Source: a virus
IMG/VR virus record: IMGVR_UViG_3300005573_000005
Length of the DNA stretch: 64,000 bases
Direction: 5' to 3' (one strand)
Below are positions 1 through 8,879 of this stretch, piece after piece. The position numbers and the translations under genes were made by a program. The stretch's first letter is position 1. Each line of letters opens with the position of its first letter. The notes under the pieces are model-generated. The model ran no database searches and was not told where the DNA came from. It was given only the letters and a program-made list of their open reading frames with translations.

Positions 1-1
1 G

Positions 2-301
2 GTTAACGCATATGAGAACCTGAAGATCTGGAAAACTCTTAGTAAAATCAAATGGACTCCCAAAGAATGGGAGGTAGTAGAATGGTCGCTTGGGCATCTC
101 GATAGTCTTTTGGGTGCTGAAGACTTTTTGGAGGACAATCCGGGCTATGCAGAAAATGAAGAAATGCAATGGGAAGATTTCTACGATGATCTTGAGCGAT
201 ATATAGATATGTCTGACTACGAAAGCAAACAGCTTGGTAGATCAGCGAAAACGATTATCAGTAATATAAGAAAGAAATTACAAGCTGTACGTAACGAATA
301 G
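2..301 (+). CDS. hypothetical protein, 5' end lies upstream of the window
   Basis: The frame of the listed 110..301 ORF stays open back to nt 2 (VNAYENLKIWKTLSKIKWTPKEW...), so the TTG at 110 is probably not the start. Acidic C-terminal half; no recognisable motif. Confidence 0.45.
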   Translation, partial: VNAYENLKIWKTLSKIKWTPKEWEVVEWSLGHLDSLLGAEDFLEDNPGYAENEEMQWEDFYDDLERYIDMSDYESKQLGRSAKTIISNIRKKLQAVRNE

Positions 302-462
302 AAAAGGAGGTGCACAATAAAAGCATATATCCGTTTGGATGTGTCGCAGGGTCTTGCTGAATAGCAAAGTGTTTGGTGGCTACTTTCGGCGGAACGTTTT
401 ATGAATGAACGTAAGATACGCAATTTTATAACGAAGAGATAGCAAAACATAATAAAGAGAAT

Positions 463-882
463 TTGATTAAAACTATGAGAGAACCTTACTATACAGACGG
501 CAAACAGACGATATATTTAGGGGATTGTTTGGAGATTTTGCCGGAATTTGAGGATAAGAGTTTTGATTTAATTATAACGAGTCTGCCTTACAATGTGGGA
601 ATGCCATACGGAACTAATGACAGAAAAAATTATCAAGAGTATTTGAAATTTATTAAAAAAGTTTTATTTGAATGTTATCGTGTTTTAATTGATGGAGGAA
701 GAATGGCGATAAATTTACCTTCATCTATTTTACAATGTTCTCGTAGTAGGATGTTATATCTTTCTTTAGATTATGTTTTGATAATGGCTAAAATGCTTGG
801 CAGAAAAGCGGTAGGTATTGAAATCACCGAAAAGTATTGCGAGATAGCAAAGAGAAGGTTGGCACAGGGAGTATTTTTTTAG
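463..882 (+). CDS. beta-class N4/N6 DNA methyltransferase remnant, internally deleted (no AdoMet-binding FxGxG motif)
   Basis: Motif IV-like DLIITSLPYNVG sits near the N terminus. The C-terminal ..LGRKAVGIEITEKYCEIAKRRL is the segment that normally follows DPFxGSGTT. The ORF is only 139 aa, with neither the FxGxG motif nor a target-recognition region in between. Compare the intact gene at 2363..3055. The ATG at 475 is an alternative start (463 is TTG). Confidence 0.6.
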   Translation: MIKTMREPYYTDGKQTIYLGDCLEILPEFEDKSFDLIITSLPYNVGMPYGTNDRKNYQEYLKFIKKVLFECYRVLIDGGRMAINLPSSILQCSRSRMLYLSLDYVLIMAKMLGRKAVGIEITEKYCEIAKRRLAQGVFF

Positions 883-935
883 AATCTAATTAAGTTAAAG
901 AGATAAATTAAAACTATAAGTGAAAGATTTTTAAG

Positions 936-1256
936 ATGAGTAAAAAAGAGAAAGTTGTAATAGAATATTTAGCTTGTGATCAAACTTCAGTTATTAATCA
1001 AATAAGTCAGGAGCTACAAAAAGTAGCAGAGGAGATTAAAAATATTTACCAAAAGCGAGGTTTTGAATATGCTGTTGATTTTATTCAGGATAATATTAAA
1101 ATAGATTTACCTGAAGGTTTTGACATATGGATAGATGGGTATTATAGAAGTATTTCAATTGTGAGAAGAAACTTGCGGGCTTTTGAAAAAGCTGTTGTAA
1201 AGGTTTCATATGCTTTTGAAGATTTAAAAAAAGCTAAGAAAGCTATTTTGGAATGA
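936..1256 (+). CDS. hypothetical protein
   Basis: 106-aa ORF, co-oriented with no competing frame. No motif recognised. Confidence 0.4.
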   Translation: MSKKEKVVIEYLACDQTSVINQISQELQKVAEEIKNIYQKRGFEYAVDFIQDNIKIDLPEGFDIWIDGYYRSISIVRRNLRAFEKAVVKVSYAFEDLKKAKKAILE

Positions 1257-1334
1257 CTTAAAGAGAACTCTGTTTATTTTGTTGTAGAGTTAGAAGCAAG
1301 AGATTTTGCGATAGGAAATGTTTGTAAAAATAAG

Positions 1335-1667
1335 GTGGCGGCAGGAGATTACTTGGAAGGTTCGCTTGTGAAAGAAATTTTTTTACAGATATTGTCTTAT
1401 CTATGTGAAGATTTTAAAACACAAGGAATGCCTGAAGAACGTTTGCGACATGTTTTTAGAGTTGAGAACGCTTTTGCGGTTGATCAGCCTGGTTTTGGGT
1501 ATTCTTTTCAAAAGAACTGTTTAATTTTCTCTACGAAATATCAAGCTTTAGTTGAAGATTTTTATTGCAATTTTACTGAAAAACTTGTAATTAAGAGGAG
1601 TAAAAGACATAGAAAAATTAAAAATTTAATAAAAACAAAAGAAATATTAGACAAAACTATTAACTGA
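1335..1667 (+). CDS. hypothetical protein (GTG start)
   Basis: 110-aa ORF with a basic C-terminal tail (KRSKRHRKIKNLIK). Start codon uncertain. Confidence 0.35.
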   Translation: MAAGDYLEGSLVKEIFLQILSYLCEDFKTQGMPEERLRHVFRVENAFAVDQPGFGYSFQKNCLIFSTKYQALVEDFYCNFTEKLVIKRSKRHRKIKNLIKTKEILDKTIN

Positions 1668-1695
1668 CTAAAACTAAAAAGGAGGAGATACAGGT

Positions 1696-2334
1696 ATGAA
1701 AAGAAATTCACAAATAAATAACAATCAACTAAATAACAATCAACAACGTGTTTCAGAAGAAGTTTTTAAAAAATATCTTCCTACGGTTAGAAATATTGCC
1801 AGGAAGTATGCCAATCCTCTTGAGGAGGAAGATCTTTACCAGGAAGGTTGTTTGGTTTTGTACAAACTTCTACTTGAAGCTGGGGATTCTGAAGATTTTT
1901 GTTATAAGCTTATTGCGTGTTTGCGATGGCGTTTTACAGATATTTTAGATCATTTTTATGCAGAGAAGCGAGGTTTTGCAAAGACTTTTTCGGGGGATTC
2001 TATTATTTCTGAGAGCGAAGATGGGGATATTTTAACCTTCTGGGATACCATTCCTTGCGAAGATTACTTTAGAAAGGAGCGTGATTTTGCGGAACTTACT
2101 TATGAAGTTCGTAATAAATTATCTGATACAGAAAAACGAATTTTGGACGTATTTGTAGGAGAAGACGAAGATTTTTATTCTGTAGTAGAGGAATACAAAA
2201 AAAGACGAAATATAGATGTTTTAAATAAGATACCTCAGAAACTTGTGCGAGAATATTTGAATATGTCCCGGCGTGAGTTTGAGAGAGCTTTTGAACATAT
2301 ACAAGAAGTTTGTACTAAAGTTATTTTTGATTAA
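1696..2334 (+). CDS. phage-encoded sigma-70 family RNA polymerase sigma factor (region 2 plus region 4-like)
   Basis: AGGAGG RBS at 1680-1686. Region 2.1/2.2-like RNIARKYANPLEEEDLYQEGCLVLYKLL. C-terminal LSDTEKRILDVFVGE.. resembles region 4 HTH proteins. Confidence 0.6.
   Translation: MKRNSQINNNQLNNNQQRVSEEVFKKYLPTVRNIARKYANPLEEEDLYQEGCLVLYKLLLEAGDSEDFCYKLIACLRWRFTDILDHFYAEKRGFAKTFSGDSIISESEDGDILTFWDTIPCEDYFRKERDFAELTYEVRNKLSDTEKRILDVFVGEDEDFYSVVEEYKKRRNIDVLNKIPQKLVREYLNMSRREFERAFEHIQEVCTKVIFD
2221..2334 (+). repeat. direct repeat copy A (functional 3' end of the sigma gene)
   Basis: Hand alignment gives roughly 80-85% identity to 3071..3183, with one 1-nt indel. Both copies end in ..aaagttatttttgattaa. 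Confidence 0.85.
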
Positions 2335-2362
2335 CAAGTATGATAAGATTAAGTATGATAAT

Positions 2363-3055
2363 ATGAATAGTAATTTGAAAGATTTTATAAACACAATAGT
2401 TTGTGGTGATTGCTTGGAGGTAATGAAGGCATTGCCGGATAGTTCGGTAGATTTGATAATATCTGATTATCCCTTTAAGTTTAAGTATTTCAAGGAGACT
2501 GCGGAGGAGTATTATAGGCTTTTAAAGCCCGTTGGCAATTTGGTAGTTGTTAATAATCCGCACAATATGTTTGTGTTAATTCCCTATTTTCAAAAATTTT
2601 ATTTGCGAAATTCTATTGCTTTAATTAGACTTCGTTCTTTTTATTATGCGTGGCATTATGGATTTAAGCATAATTATTGTTTGATATTATCAAAAATTAA
2701 CAACATGAAGTTGAAATGGAACGGCACTAAAACAAATCATGATCATAGTTTTCAAACGGATGTTAGGGAGTATAAAAACGGATACAAACTGGGTAAGCAT
2801 TTTCATCCGGAAGCCTTGCCTGAGGATTTAGTGAAGGAGTGGATTGAGCATTTGTCAAATTCCGGGGATATAGTATTAGATCCATTTATGGGTAGTGAAA
2901 CTACGGCGGTAGTGTGTAAAGAGTTGGGACGGAACTTTATAGGAATTGAAAAGAACTTTGAGTATGTAGAAATGGCTAAAAAACGACTTTCTGCGATATC
3001 TGAAAGTTTATTCAAAAGACAAAGTGTTTTATTTAGTGAAGGAGGTGTGTTATGA
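2363..3055 (+). CDS. DNA methyltransferase, beta-class N4-cytosine/N6-adenine type (intact)
   Basis: Motif IV variant VDLIISDYPFKF, then the AdoMet motif VLDPFMGSETTAVVCKELGRNFIGIEKNFEYVEMAKKRL. The listed ORF starts at 2273 inside the sigma gene; ATG 2363 downstream of the sigma stop is the more likely start. Confidence 0.8.
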   Translation: MNSNLKDFINTIVCGDCLEVMKALPDSSVDLIISDYPFKFKYFKETAEEYYRLLKPVGNLVVVNNPHNMFVLIPYFQKFYLRNSIALIRLRSFYYAWHYGFKHNYCLILSKINNMKLKWNGTKTNHDHSFQTDVREYKNGYKLGKHFHPEALPEDLVKEWIEHLSNSGDIVLDPFMGSETTAVVCKELGRNFIGIEKNFEYVEMAKKRLSAISESLFKRQSVLFSEGGVL

Positions 3056-3070
3056 GATATTATTCAGGTT

Positions 3071-3183
3071 TTAAATAGGATACTTTAGAAACTTATGTGA
3101 GAATATTTGAATGTGTTTAAACGTAAGTTTGAGAAAGCTTTTGAGCGTATACAAGAGATTGCACTAAAGTTATTTTTGATTAA
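3071..3183 (+). pseudogene. decayed duplicate of the last ~113 nt of the sigma gene (direct repeat copy B)
   Basis: Aligns to 2221..2334 but carries in-frame stops (tta aat agg ata ctt TAG). It lies immediately after the methyltransferase stop. Confidence 0.85.
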
Positions 3184-3197
3184 TAAGGAGTCTATTT

Positions 3198-4226
3198 ATG
3201 AAAGGATTAGGAATGAAAATAATTGAAGATTATGTACGGCGTTATAAAGATTTACCTACGCAAACAATAGCAAAAAAGTTTCTTGTTGACTATCCAGGTG
3301 TGTTTAAAAGTTTAAATTCAGCCAGGATGGCGGTTCGCCGTTTGCGTGGCGAAGCAGGAAAGGCTGAAGAGGAAAAAAAGTATATACGAGAAGATTTACG
3401 ACGGAGCAAGTCGGAGCGTCATAAAGCTTATTCATATTGTCCTGATGAATTTGAAGAGCCGGAGGGTTTTAGGATAGTGGAACTGAATACAAAAGGGGTT
3501 AATCAGTTTTTAGTTATTGCGGATATGCATATAAAATTTCATCATCGCAAAGCGATTGAAGCAACTGTAGAATATGCACAGAGTGAGAAGTGTGATGGTA
3601 TTTTAATTTTGGGTGATTTTGTAGATTTTTATTTACTTTCTTCTTTCTTACATGATCCAAGATTTCCAGGTGTAATTGAAGAAGTTAATGCAGCAAAGCA
3701 AATGTTAGATTGGTTAACAGAACGTCTTAATCCTGTGAGAATTGTGTGGAAGTTGTCAAATCATGAAAAGCGGTTGCACTCATATCTATGTCGTTCTTCT
3801 CCTGAGATTGCTGAACTTGCAATGCAGTTTATCCCATTTGATACTTTATTTGAAACCTGGCGATGGAATGTTGAGATTGTTTATCCAGCTCAGATATTAC
3901 GTCATGAAGAACTTTTAATTTTACACGGTGATGAATATGCTTCAGGTTTGAATACAGCTCTTGCGAGTCCTGCTCGCTGGATGATACAGAAAGCGAAGTC
4001 TTGTGTTTTGTTCGCTCATTTCCATCAGCCTTCGGAGCATACAGAGACGACAGCAGGAGGAGTAGATTTGACAGCCTGGAGTTTGGGATGTTTATGTAAT
4101 TTACATCCTGCTTATAAACCGCTAAACAAATGGCAGCATGGTTTTGGTGTTTTAAAAGTTGCAAAGAAGCGACAAGTTTGGCGTTTTGAAAACAAAAGAA
4201 TTTTAAAAAATTTGAAAATAGTATAA
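3198..4226 (+). CDS. calcineurin-like metallophosphoesterase with an N-terminal helical (possibly HTH) extension
   Basis: Motifs LVIADMHIKFHH, ILILGDFVDF, SNHEKR, ILHGDE and FAHFHQP match the DxH / GDxxD / GNH(D/E) / H / GH pattern. RBS taaggag upstream. Confidence 0.7.
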   Translation: MKGLGMKIIEDYVRRYKDLPTQTIAKKFLVDYPGVFKSLNSARMAVRRLRGEAGKAEEEKKYIREDLRRSKSERHKAYSYCPDEFEEPEGFRIVELNTKGVNQFLVIADMHIKFHHRKAIEATVEYAQSEKCDGILILGDFVDFYLLSSFLHDPRFPGVIEEVNAAKQMLDWLTERLNPVRIVWKLSNHEKRLHSYLCRSSPEIAELAMQFIPFDTLFETWRWNVEIVYPAQILRHEELLILHGDEYASGLNTALASPARWMIQKAKSCVLFAHFHQPSEHTETTAGGVDLTAWSLGCLCNLHPAYKPLNKWQHGFGVLKVAKKRQVWRFENKRILKNLKIV

Positions 4227-4282
4227 AGGATTTAAAAAATAAGAGATACCTACCTGATAGTTCTATAGCCAGGCTTTTTTAA

Positions 4283-7200
4283 GTGAATGTGATATATTTT
4301 AATAGAAATCTGACTTTTTCGTGTTCAGAATCCTCTTTTAATTTTGGTATGAATGAAGTAGTTTGTAAAAAGTGTTCAATTAGATCTACACCTGTTTTGG
4401 GAAGTGGTCCTGGCGATTTTGTTGTATTCGTAGGTGAAGCACCGGGGATAGTAGAAGTAAATCAAAAAAAGCCTTTTGTAGGACCGGCAGGGCAGTTTTT
4501 GGATGAATGTCTTGCAAAAGTTTCTTCTGTTTCACTGCCTGTACCAGGAGCGGATATAAGGCGTAAATCTGTTAGGTTTGAGAATATTGTTAAATGTCCT
4601 CCTTTTAATTCTGATGGTACTATAGGGACTCCTCCGGCGGAATGTGTTAGACTTTGCAAATATCATTTATTTAGTTCATTAGAAGAGCTAAATCCTAAGT
4701 TGATTGTTACTCTTGGTAGTGTTGCTACAGGAGCTTTTCTTAGTGACGACAACGTTACTAATATTAGAGGTTATTTATTTGATTTTGAATGGAACGGTAG
4801 ACATTATCCGGTACTTCCGACCTATCATCCTGATTTTATTTTACGGAATAAGACAGAAGAGATTGTAGCGAGTTTCATGCTTGATTTAGTTCAAGCAAGA
4901 ATAATTGCGGATTTACCTTATCGCTGGGAGAAGCCTGGTTTTACGATTGTTAAGAATTTAAAAGAAGCTCAAGAATTGGCGAATGAGTTGCTCAATTATG
5001 AGGGACTTGTAGCTTGTGATTTAGAGACAAAGGGAAGAAATGAAAGTGCTTTTTACGATACTGATTCTAAAATTATTGGAATAGGTTTTCATTTCAATAA
5101 TAAGACTGTTTTTCTTCCCTGGTTGCACAAGCAGTCACCTTTTTATGATGATAACTTTGTAATTATTGAACTTATTAAACTTTATAGAGAAGTCTTTTCG
5201 AAGATAAGAATAATTGCTCATAATGCTGTTTTTGACAGTGCCTGGATTTATTCTAAGATAGGTGCTACGGTTAATGTTGCATGGGATACAATGTGTGCTA
5301 ACCATCATATTTACTATGGGGATTGTCCTTCCACTCTTGAATATGTTGCTGCAAGATATTTGAAAGTTCCTGTTTGGAAGAGTATGTTAACGAAGGATGA
5401 CCTTGACGAAGAGGATTTAACCACAATAGCTCAGTATTGTTCTTGCGATGTAACATACACTTATGAAATTTATCTTAAGCAGAAAGAGATTTTAGAACGG
5501 ACAGGTTTTCTTGAATCTTATTATTATCATTTCATTAGAGTACTTCCAGTTATAATTGGGTGGAAGATTAGAGGAGTTTGTATAGATGAACAACTCCGGC
5601 AGAACTTAGCAAAAGATTTTTCTCATTACTATAATGAGCTAATGAAGCCTGTTTACGAGTCAGTTTACTTTAAGAAGTATCAGGAATATTGCTACCAGAA
5701 ACAAGTAAAGGTCCTGGAAGAGATTTTTGATAGTAGAAAGTCTTCCTGGAAGGACAAGGTTGTTAATTCTTTAGGGATTACTGTTACAAACGATGATTAT
5801 TCACTCGTTAGGAGGAAGTATGCAGAAACTACAGCAAAGGTTCCGGAGGAACTAAACGTTCGTTCTGTCAACGATATGGTAGATTTTGTTGTTAATGTTC
5901 TTAAGTTGCCTGTTGTCGAAAAAGGTAAAAAATATCCTTCTTTTGGTAAGAATTCTTGGGAAACATATATTAATCTTTTCCAGGACAAGAAGCTTTACGA
6001 TAATGATGGTAAACTTGTTGAAGATCCTGTAATTTATCAAATTCTTATTTCTCTTAGAGATGCTCGTCATCTTAGTTATCTTAAATCTGGTTTTCTCGAT
6101 AATTTACCTGAGCATTATCCAGTACTTGATGTTAGTAAAGAGAAAATTTGGCAAAGCTTATTACCTAAGCCGGAAGGTCCTACTTTTGTTTATCCAGATG
6201 TAAATATTAGTGGTACTGCAACAGGACGGTATTCTGTTTCTAATCCTCCTTTGCATGGTTTTGCAGATGAAGAGAATTTACCTATAAAACGGTTAGTAGT
6301 TTCGAGATATCGGGATGTAGGTGGATTAGTTTTCAATTACGATATTGACCAAACAGAATATAGGGTTATTGCTTGTCTCGCTGAAGATCAGCGTATGCTT
6401 GAGATTTATCGTTCGGGAAGCGGTGATTTACATTTATTTATTTCAGCTAAATTTTGCAATTTACCTGAGAGTGAAATTCATCCTGCGATAAGAAGACTAA
6501 TGAAACGAGCTTCTTTTTGTGTTTGCTTTGGTGGTGGAGACGAGACTTTGAAAGAGACCTTGCAATCGCTTTTAGCAGCAGCGAGTCAGATTCAAGATCC
6601 ATCTGTACAATCTTTCTTACGTCGTCTTGAGACTGTTCGTTCAGATATAAGTGTTGCAGCTTCTTTTATTAAAGAAGAATTTTTCAAGAACTTTCCGGGA
6701 ATATCTGCTTATCATGAAAACATTTACAAGTATGCAATATCACATTCTTACGTAGTTTCACCGACTGGTAGGAGAAGATGGTTGCTTCCGATATTCTTTA
6801 ATGACCATGAGATTAGGACAAGAGCTATAAACAGTAGGGTTCAAACTGCTGCAAGTGATTTGGTAAATTCTTGCTTTGCTGTAGATACTCAATTGACTTT
6901 TGAAGAGTTAGGTTTGAAGTCTTTTGTGTATTTGACGAGGCACGATTCTGTTTGTATTGACCTTTATCCTTCTGAAATTAATTTAGCAATTAATATTGCT
7001 TATGGAACTGTTAAAGGGAGCAAGAATTTTGCTAATTGTAAGATACCGGATAAAAGTATAACACCTTATATTAAAAAATATTTTGAGAAGTGGCCTTATA
7101 CTTGGGTAAAAGTTCCTATAACCTGTAAGATGAAAATAGGCGCTTCCGAGGGTGATGTTCTTTCACTTAAGATTTGTGAAGGTTTTTATGAAGTTTCAGG

Positions 7201-7339
7201 GAAACAGGATAGATATGTCTTGTTTATTAAACAACTTATGCTGGCTAAAGAGAGAGGTTTAATAGATTTTGAAGTTTTTGATAAAGAAATTAAAGAAGAT
7301 AATGAAATAAAAGCTTGTGTTAACATTTTGATACCTTGA
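4283..7339 (+). CDS. family A DNA polymerase fused to an N-terminal family-4 uracil-DNA-glycosylase domain and a 3'-5' exonuclease domain
   Basis: UDG4 signature: CKKCS.., FVGEAPGIVEVNQKKPFVGPAGQFL, ECVRLCKYHL, TYHPDFILRN. Exonuclease motifs: ACDLETKG, AHNAVFDSAW, YCSCDVTYTYEIY. Polymerase motifs: A FNYDIDQTEYRV, B RRLMKRASFCVCFGGG, C LTRHDSVCID. GTG 4283 or ATG 4349 as start. Confidence 0.9.
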   Translation: MNVIYFNRNLTFSCSESSFNFGMNEVVCKKCSIRSTPVLGSGPGDFVVFVGEAPGIVEVNQKKPFVGPAGQFLDECLAKVSSVSLPVPGADIRRKSVRFENIVKCPPFNSDGTIGTPPAECVRLCKYHLFSSLEELNPKLIVTLGSVATGAFLSDDNVTNIRGYLFDFEWNGRHYPVLPTYHPDFILRNKTEEIVASFMLDLVQARIIADLPYRWEKPGFTIVKNLKEAQELANELLNYEGLVACDLETKGRNESAFYDTDSKIIGIGFHFNNKTVFLPWLHKQSPFYDDNFVIIELIKLYREVFSKIRIIAHNAVFDSAWIYSKIGATVNVAWDTMCANHHIYYGDCPSTLEYVAARYLKVPVWKSMLTKDDLDEEDLTTIAQYCSCDVTYTYEIYLKQKEILERTGFLESYYYHFIRVLPVIIGWKIRGVCIDEQLRQNLAKDFSHYYNELMKPVYESVYFKKYQEYCYQKQVKVLEEIFDSRKSSWKDKVVNSLGITVTNDDYSLVRRKYAETTAKVPEELNVRSVNDMVDFVVNVLKLPVVEKGKKYPSFGKNSWETYINLFQDKKLYDNDGKLVEDPVIYQILISLRDARHLSYLKSGFLDNLPEHYPVLDVSKEKIWQSLLPKPEGPTFVYPDVNISGTATGRYSVSNPPLHGFADEENLPIKRLVVSRYRDVGGLVFNYDIDQTEYRVIACLAEDQRMLEIYRSGSGDLHLFISAKFCNLPESEIHPAIRRLMKRASFCVCFGGGDETLKETLQSLLAAASQIQDPSVQSFLRRLETVRSDISVAASFIKEEFFKNFPGISAYHENIYKYAISHSYVVSPTGRRRWLLPIFFNDHEIRTRAINSRVQTAASDLVNSCFAVDTQLTFEELGLKSFVYLTRHDSVCIDLYPSEINLAINIAYGTVKGSKNFANCKIPDKSITPYIKKYFEKWPYTWVKVPITCKMKIGASEGDVLSLKICEGFYEVSGKQDRYVLFIKQLMLAKERGLIDFEVFDKEIKEDNEIKACVNILIP

Positions 7340-7399
7340 ATTTTATGATTTTTATGACTTTTTTGTTTTTGTTTTCCTTTTTAGATAATGGAGGTTGCT

Positions 7400-7852
7400 A
7401 TGCAAATTTGTTTAGATTCTACAAAAAAACGTTTTCAGTCACTTGTTGAGAAAGGTTTTTTAGAAAGAGATGTTTTTGGGAATATTGCAAACGCTTTAGA
7501 TTTTATATCTGAAGATTCGGACCATTTAAGCTGGATAAGTAATTTTACTAAGATAAGGACTGCACTTGCACAAGGAATATGTTCTTTGAATCTTGCTATT
7601 TCTGAAAAAGAGAACGAAATTTTGACAACTAAAGCACAGATAGCAAGAAACAGCTCTGTTCAACCTTTTAAGTCTTTTGATAAAGGTTTTTTGTATAATG
7701 AAATAGAGAGTGATCCTGAAATACTTAAATTATTGTTTCAGAAAGCGGAGCTTGTTTCTTTGAAATCTTTTTTGTTAGATGTTTTTAATTCTATAAGTGA
7801 ACAAATATTAGTACAATACAGTATAAATCAAAGAAAGGAGGTATTAGAATGA
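7400..7852 (+). CDS. hypothetical protein
   Basis: The ORF is listed from 7388. ATG 7400 is preceded by GGAGG at the right spacing. Its stop overlaps the next start (ATGA). Confidence 0.45.
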   Translation: MQICLDSTKKRFQSLVEKGFLERDVFGNIANALDFISEDSDHLSWISNFTKIRTALAQGICSLNLAISEKENEILTTKAQIARNSSVQPFKSFDKGFLYNEIESDPEILKLLFQKAELVSLKSFLLDVFNSISEQILVQYSINQRKEVLE

Positions 7853-8874
7853 AAATTAATCCTATAGACATAGACTTCTACAGGAAAGATATGGAAGTAG
7901 ATGAAGAGGGGCGACCTTCTTTATTTTATGCGTTAGTGCCTGGCGATAATGTGATAAGAATTCTACCCCCTTGGGCTCCTCATGGGCGGTTTTCATTTTC
8001 TGTTTTTCGGCATTTTTCGCTTCCGCCTGAAGGAAAAAATTTATATTGCATGGAAACATGGAATAAACTTTGTCCTGTTTGTGAAGTTTTGAAGAAATAC
8101 CGTCCTTTGCTGGAAGAAGCCAGGACGTATAGTTCCAGGGTGCGTGTTTATGTGAATGCTCTTATACCTGCATTAGGGATAGAGCCGAAAATTGTAGGTT
8201 TACCGTGGAGCGTTTATACATGGATTAGAAATGAAATTGTGAAAGTAGGAGATATAACTAATCCTTTAACAGGAGCTAATATTTTAATTCAAAAGACAGG
8301 GAAAGGTTTTGGAACTAGATATGAATGTGTCAGGCTGAAAGATTCGCCATTAGCTTCGTCAAATGAAGAGATTGTTTTTATTTTATCTAAGTTGCACAAT
8401 CTCGACGAAATCTTTAAAGAAAACCCTGATACAATTAAACTTCTTTTTAAAGCTTCGGAAGAATTAGTAAAAGCTTTTGAAGTTCTTTTACAGAAACAAA
8501 AAACAAAACTTCCAGAGGAAGCTACTGTAGATAACAAAGTTCAAACAAGCGAATCTAAAAGCAGTCAGGTATTAAATAACGTTGCACCACAGTCACAGGC
8601 AAGCGTACCTCCTGCTCCTGCACCTGTATCTCCTCATTTGCCTTCTGTGGTGCAATCTTCAATTTCTGCTCAAGCTACTGTTAATCAGTTACACTCTGAA
8701 GTTGCTTCACAAAGTAATACTCAAACACAAGTGGAGCAAAATCAGAAACAAGTTTTAGTTAAGCCGAAAGATGCACCAGATTGTTGGGGTAGATATAAAA
8801 ATGTTTTTACTGAATGTGTACTTTGTGTGCATGAATCTACTTGTATAGCTGCAACAAATACAACAGGTAAATAA
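7849..8874 (+). CDS. T4 gp32-like single-stranded DNA-binding protein with an atypical C-terminal extension
   Basis: Matches T4 gp32 as I recall it: VIRILP (T4 VIRFLP); a His...Cys...CPVC zinc site (FRHF..YCMETWNKLCPVCEVL); YVNALI (T4 WANILV); GANILIQKTGKGFGTRYE (T4 GANFVLKVKQVSGFSNYDE). Confidence 0.75.
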   Translation: MKINPIDIDFYRKDMEVDEEGRPSLFYALVPGDNVIRILPPWAPHGRFSFSVFRHFSLPPEGKNLYCMETWNKLCPVCEVLKKYRPLLEEARTYSSRVRVYVNALIPALGIEPKIVGLPWSVYTWIRNEIVKVGDITNPLTGANILIQKTGKGFGTRYECVRLKDSPLASSNEEIVFILSKLHNLDEIFKENPDTIKLLFKASEELVKAFEVLLQKQKTKLPEEATVDNKVQTSESKSSQVLNNVAPQSQASVPPAPAPVSPHLPSVVQSSISAQATVNQLHSEVASQSNTQTQVEQNQKQVLVKPKDAPDCWGRYKNVFTECVLCVHESTCIAATNTTGK

Positions 8875-8879
8875 GTTTT

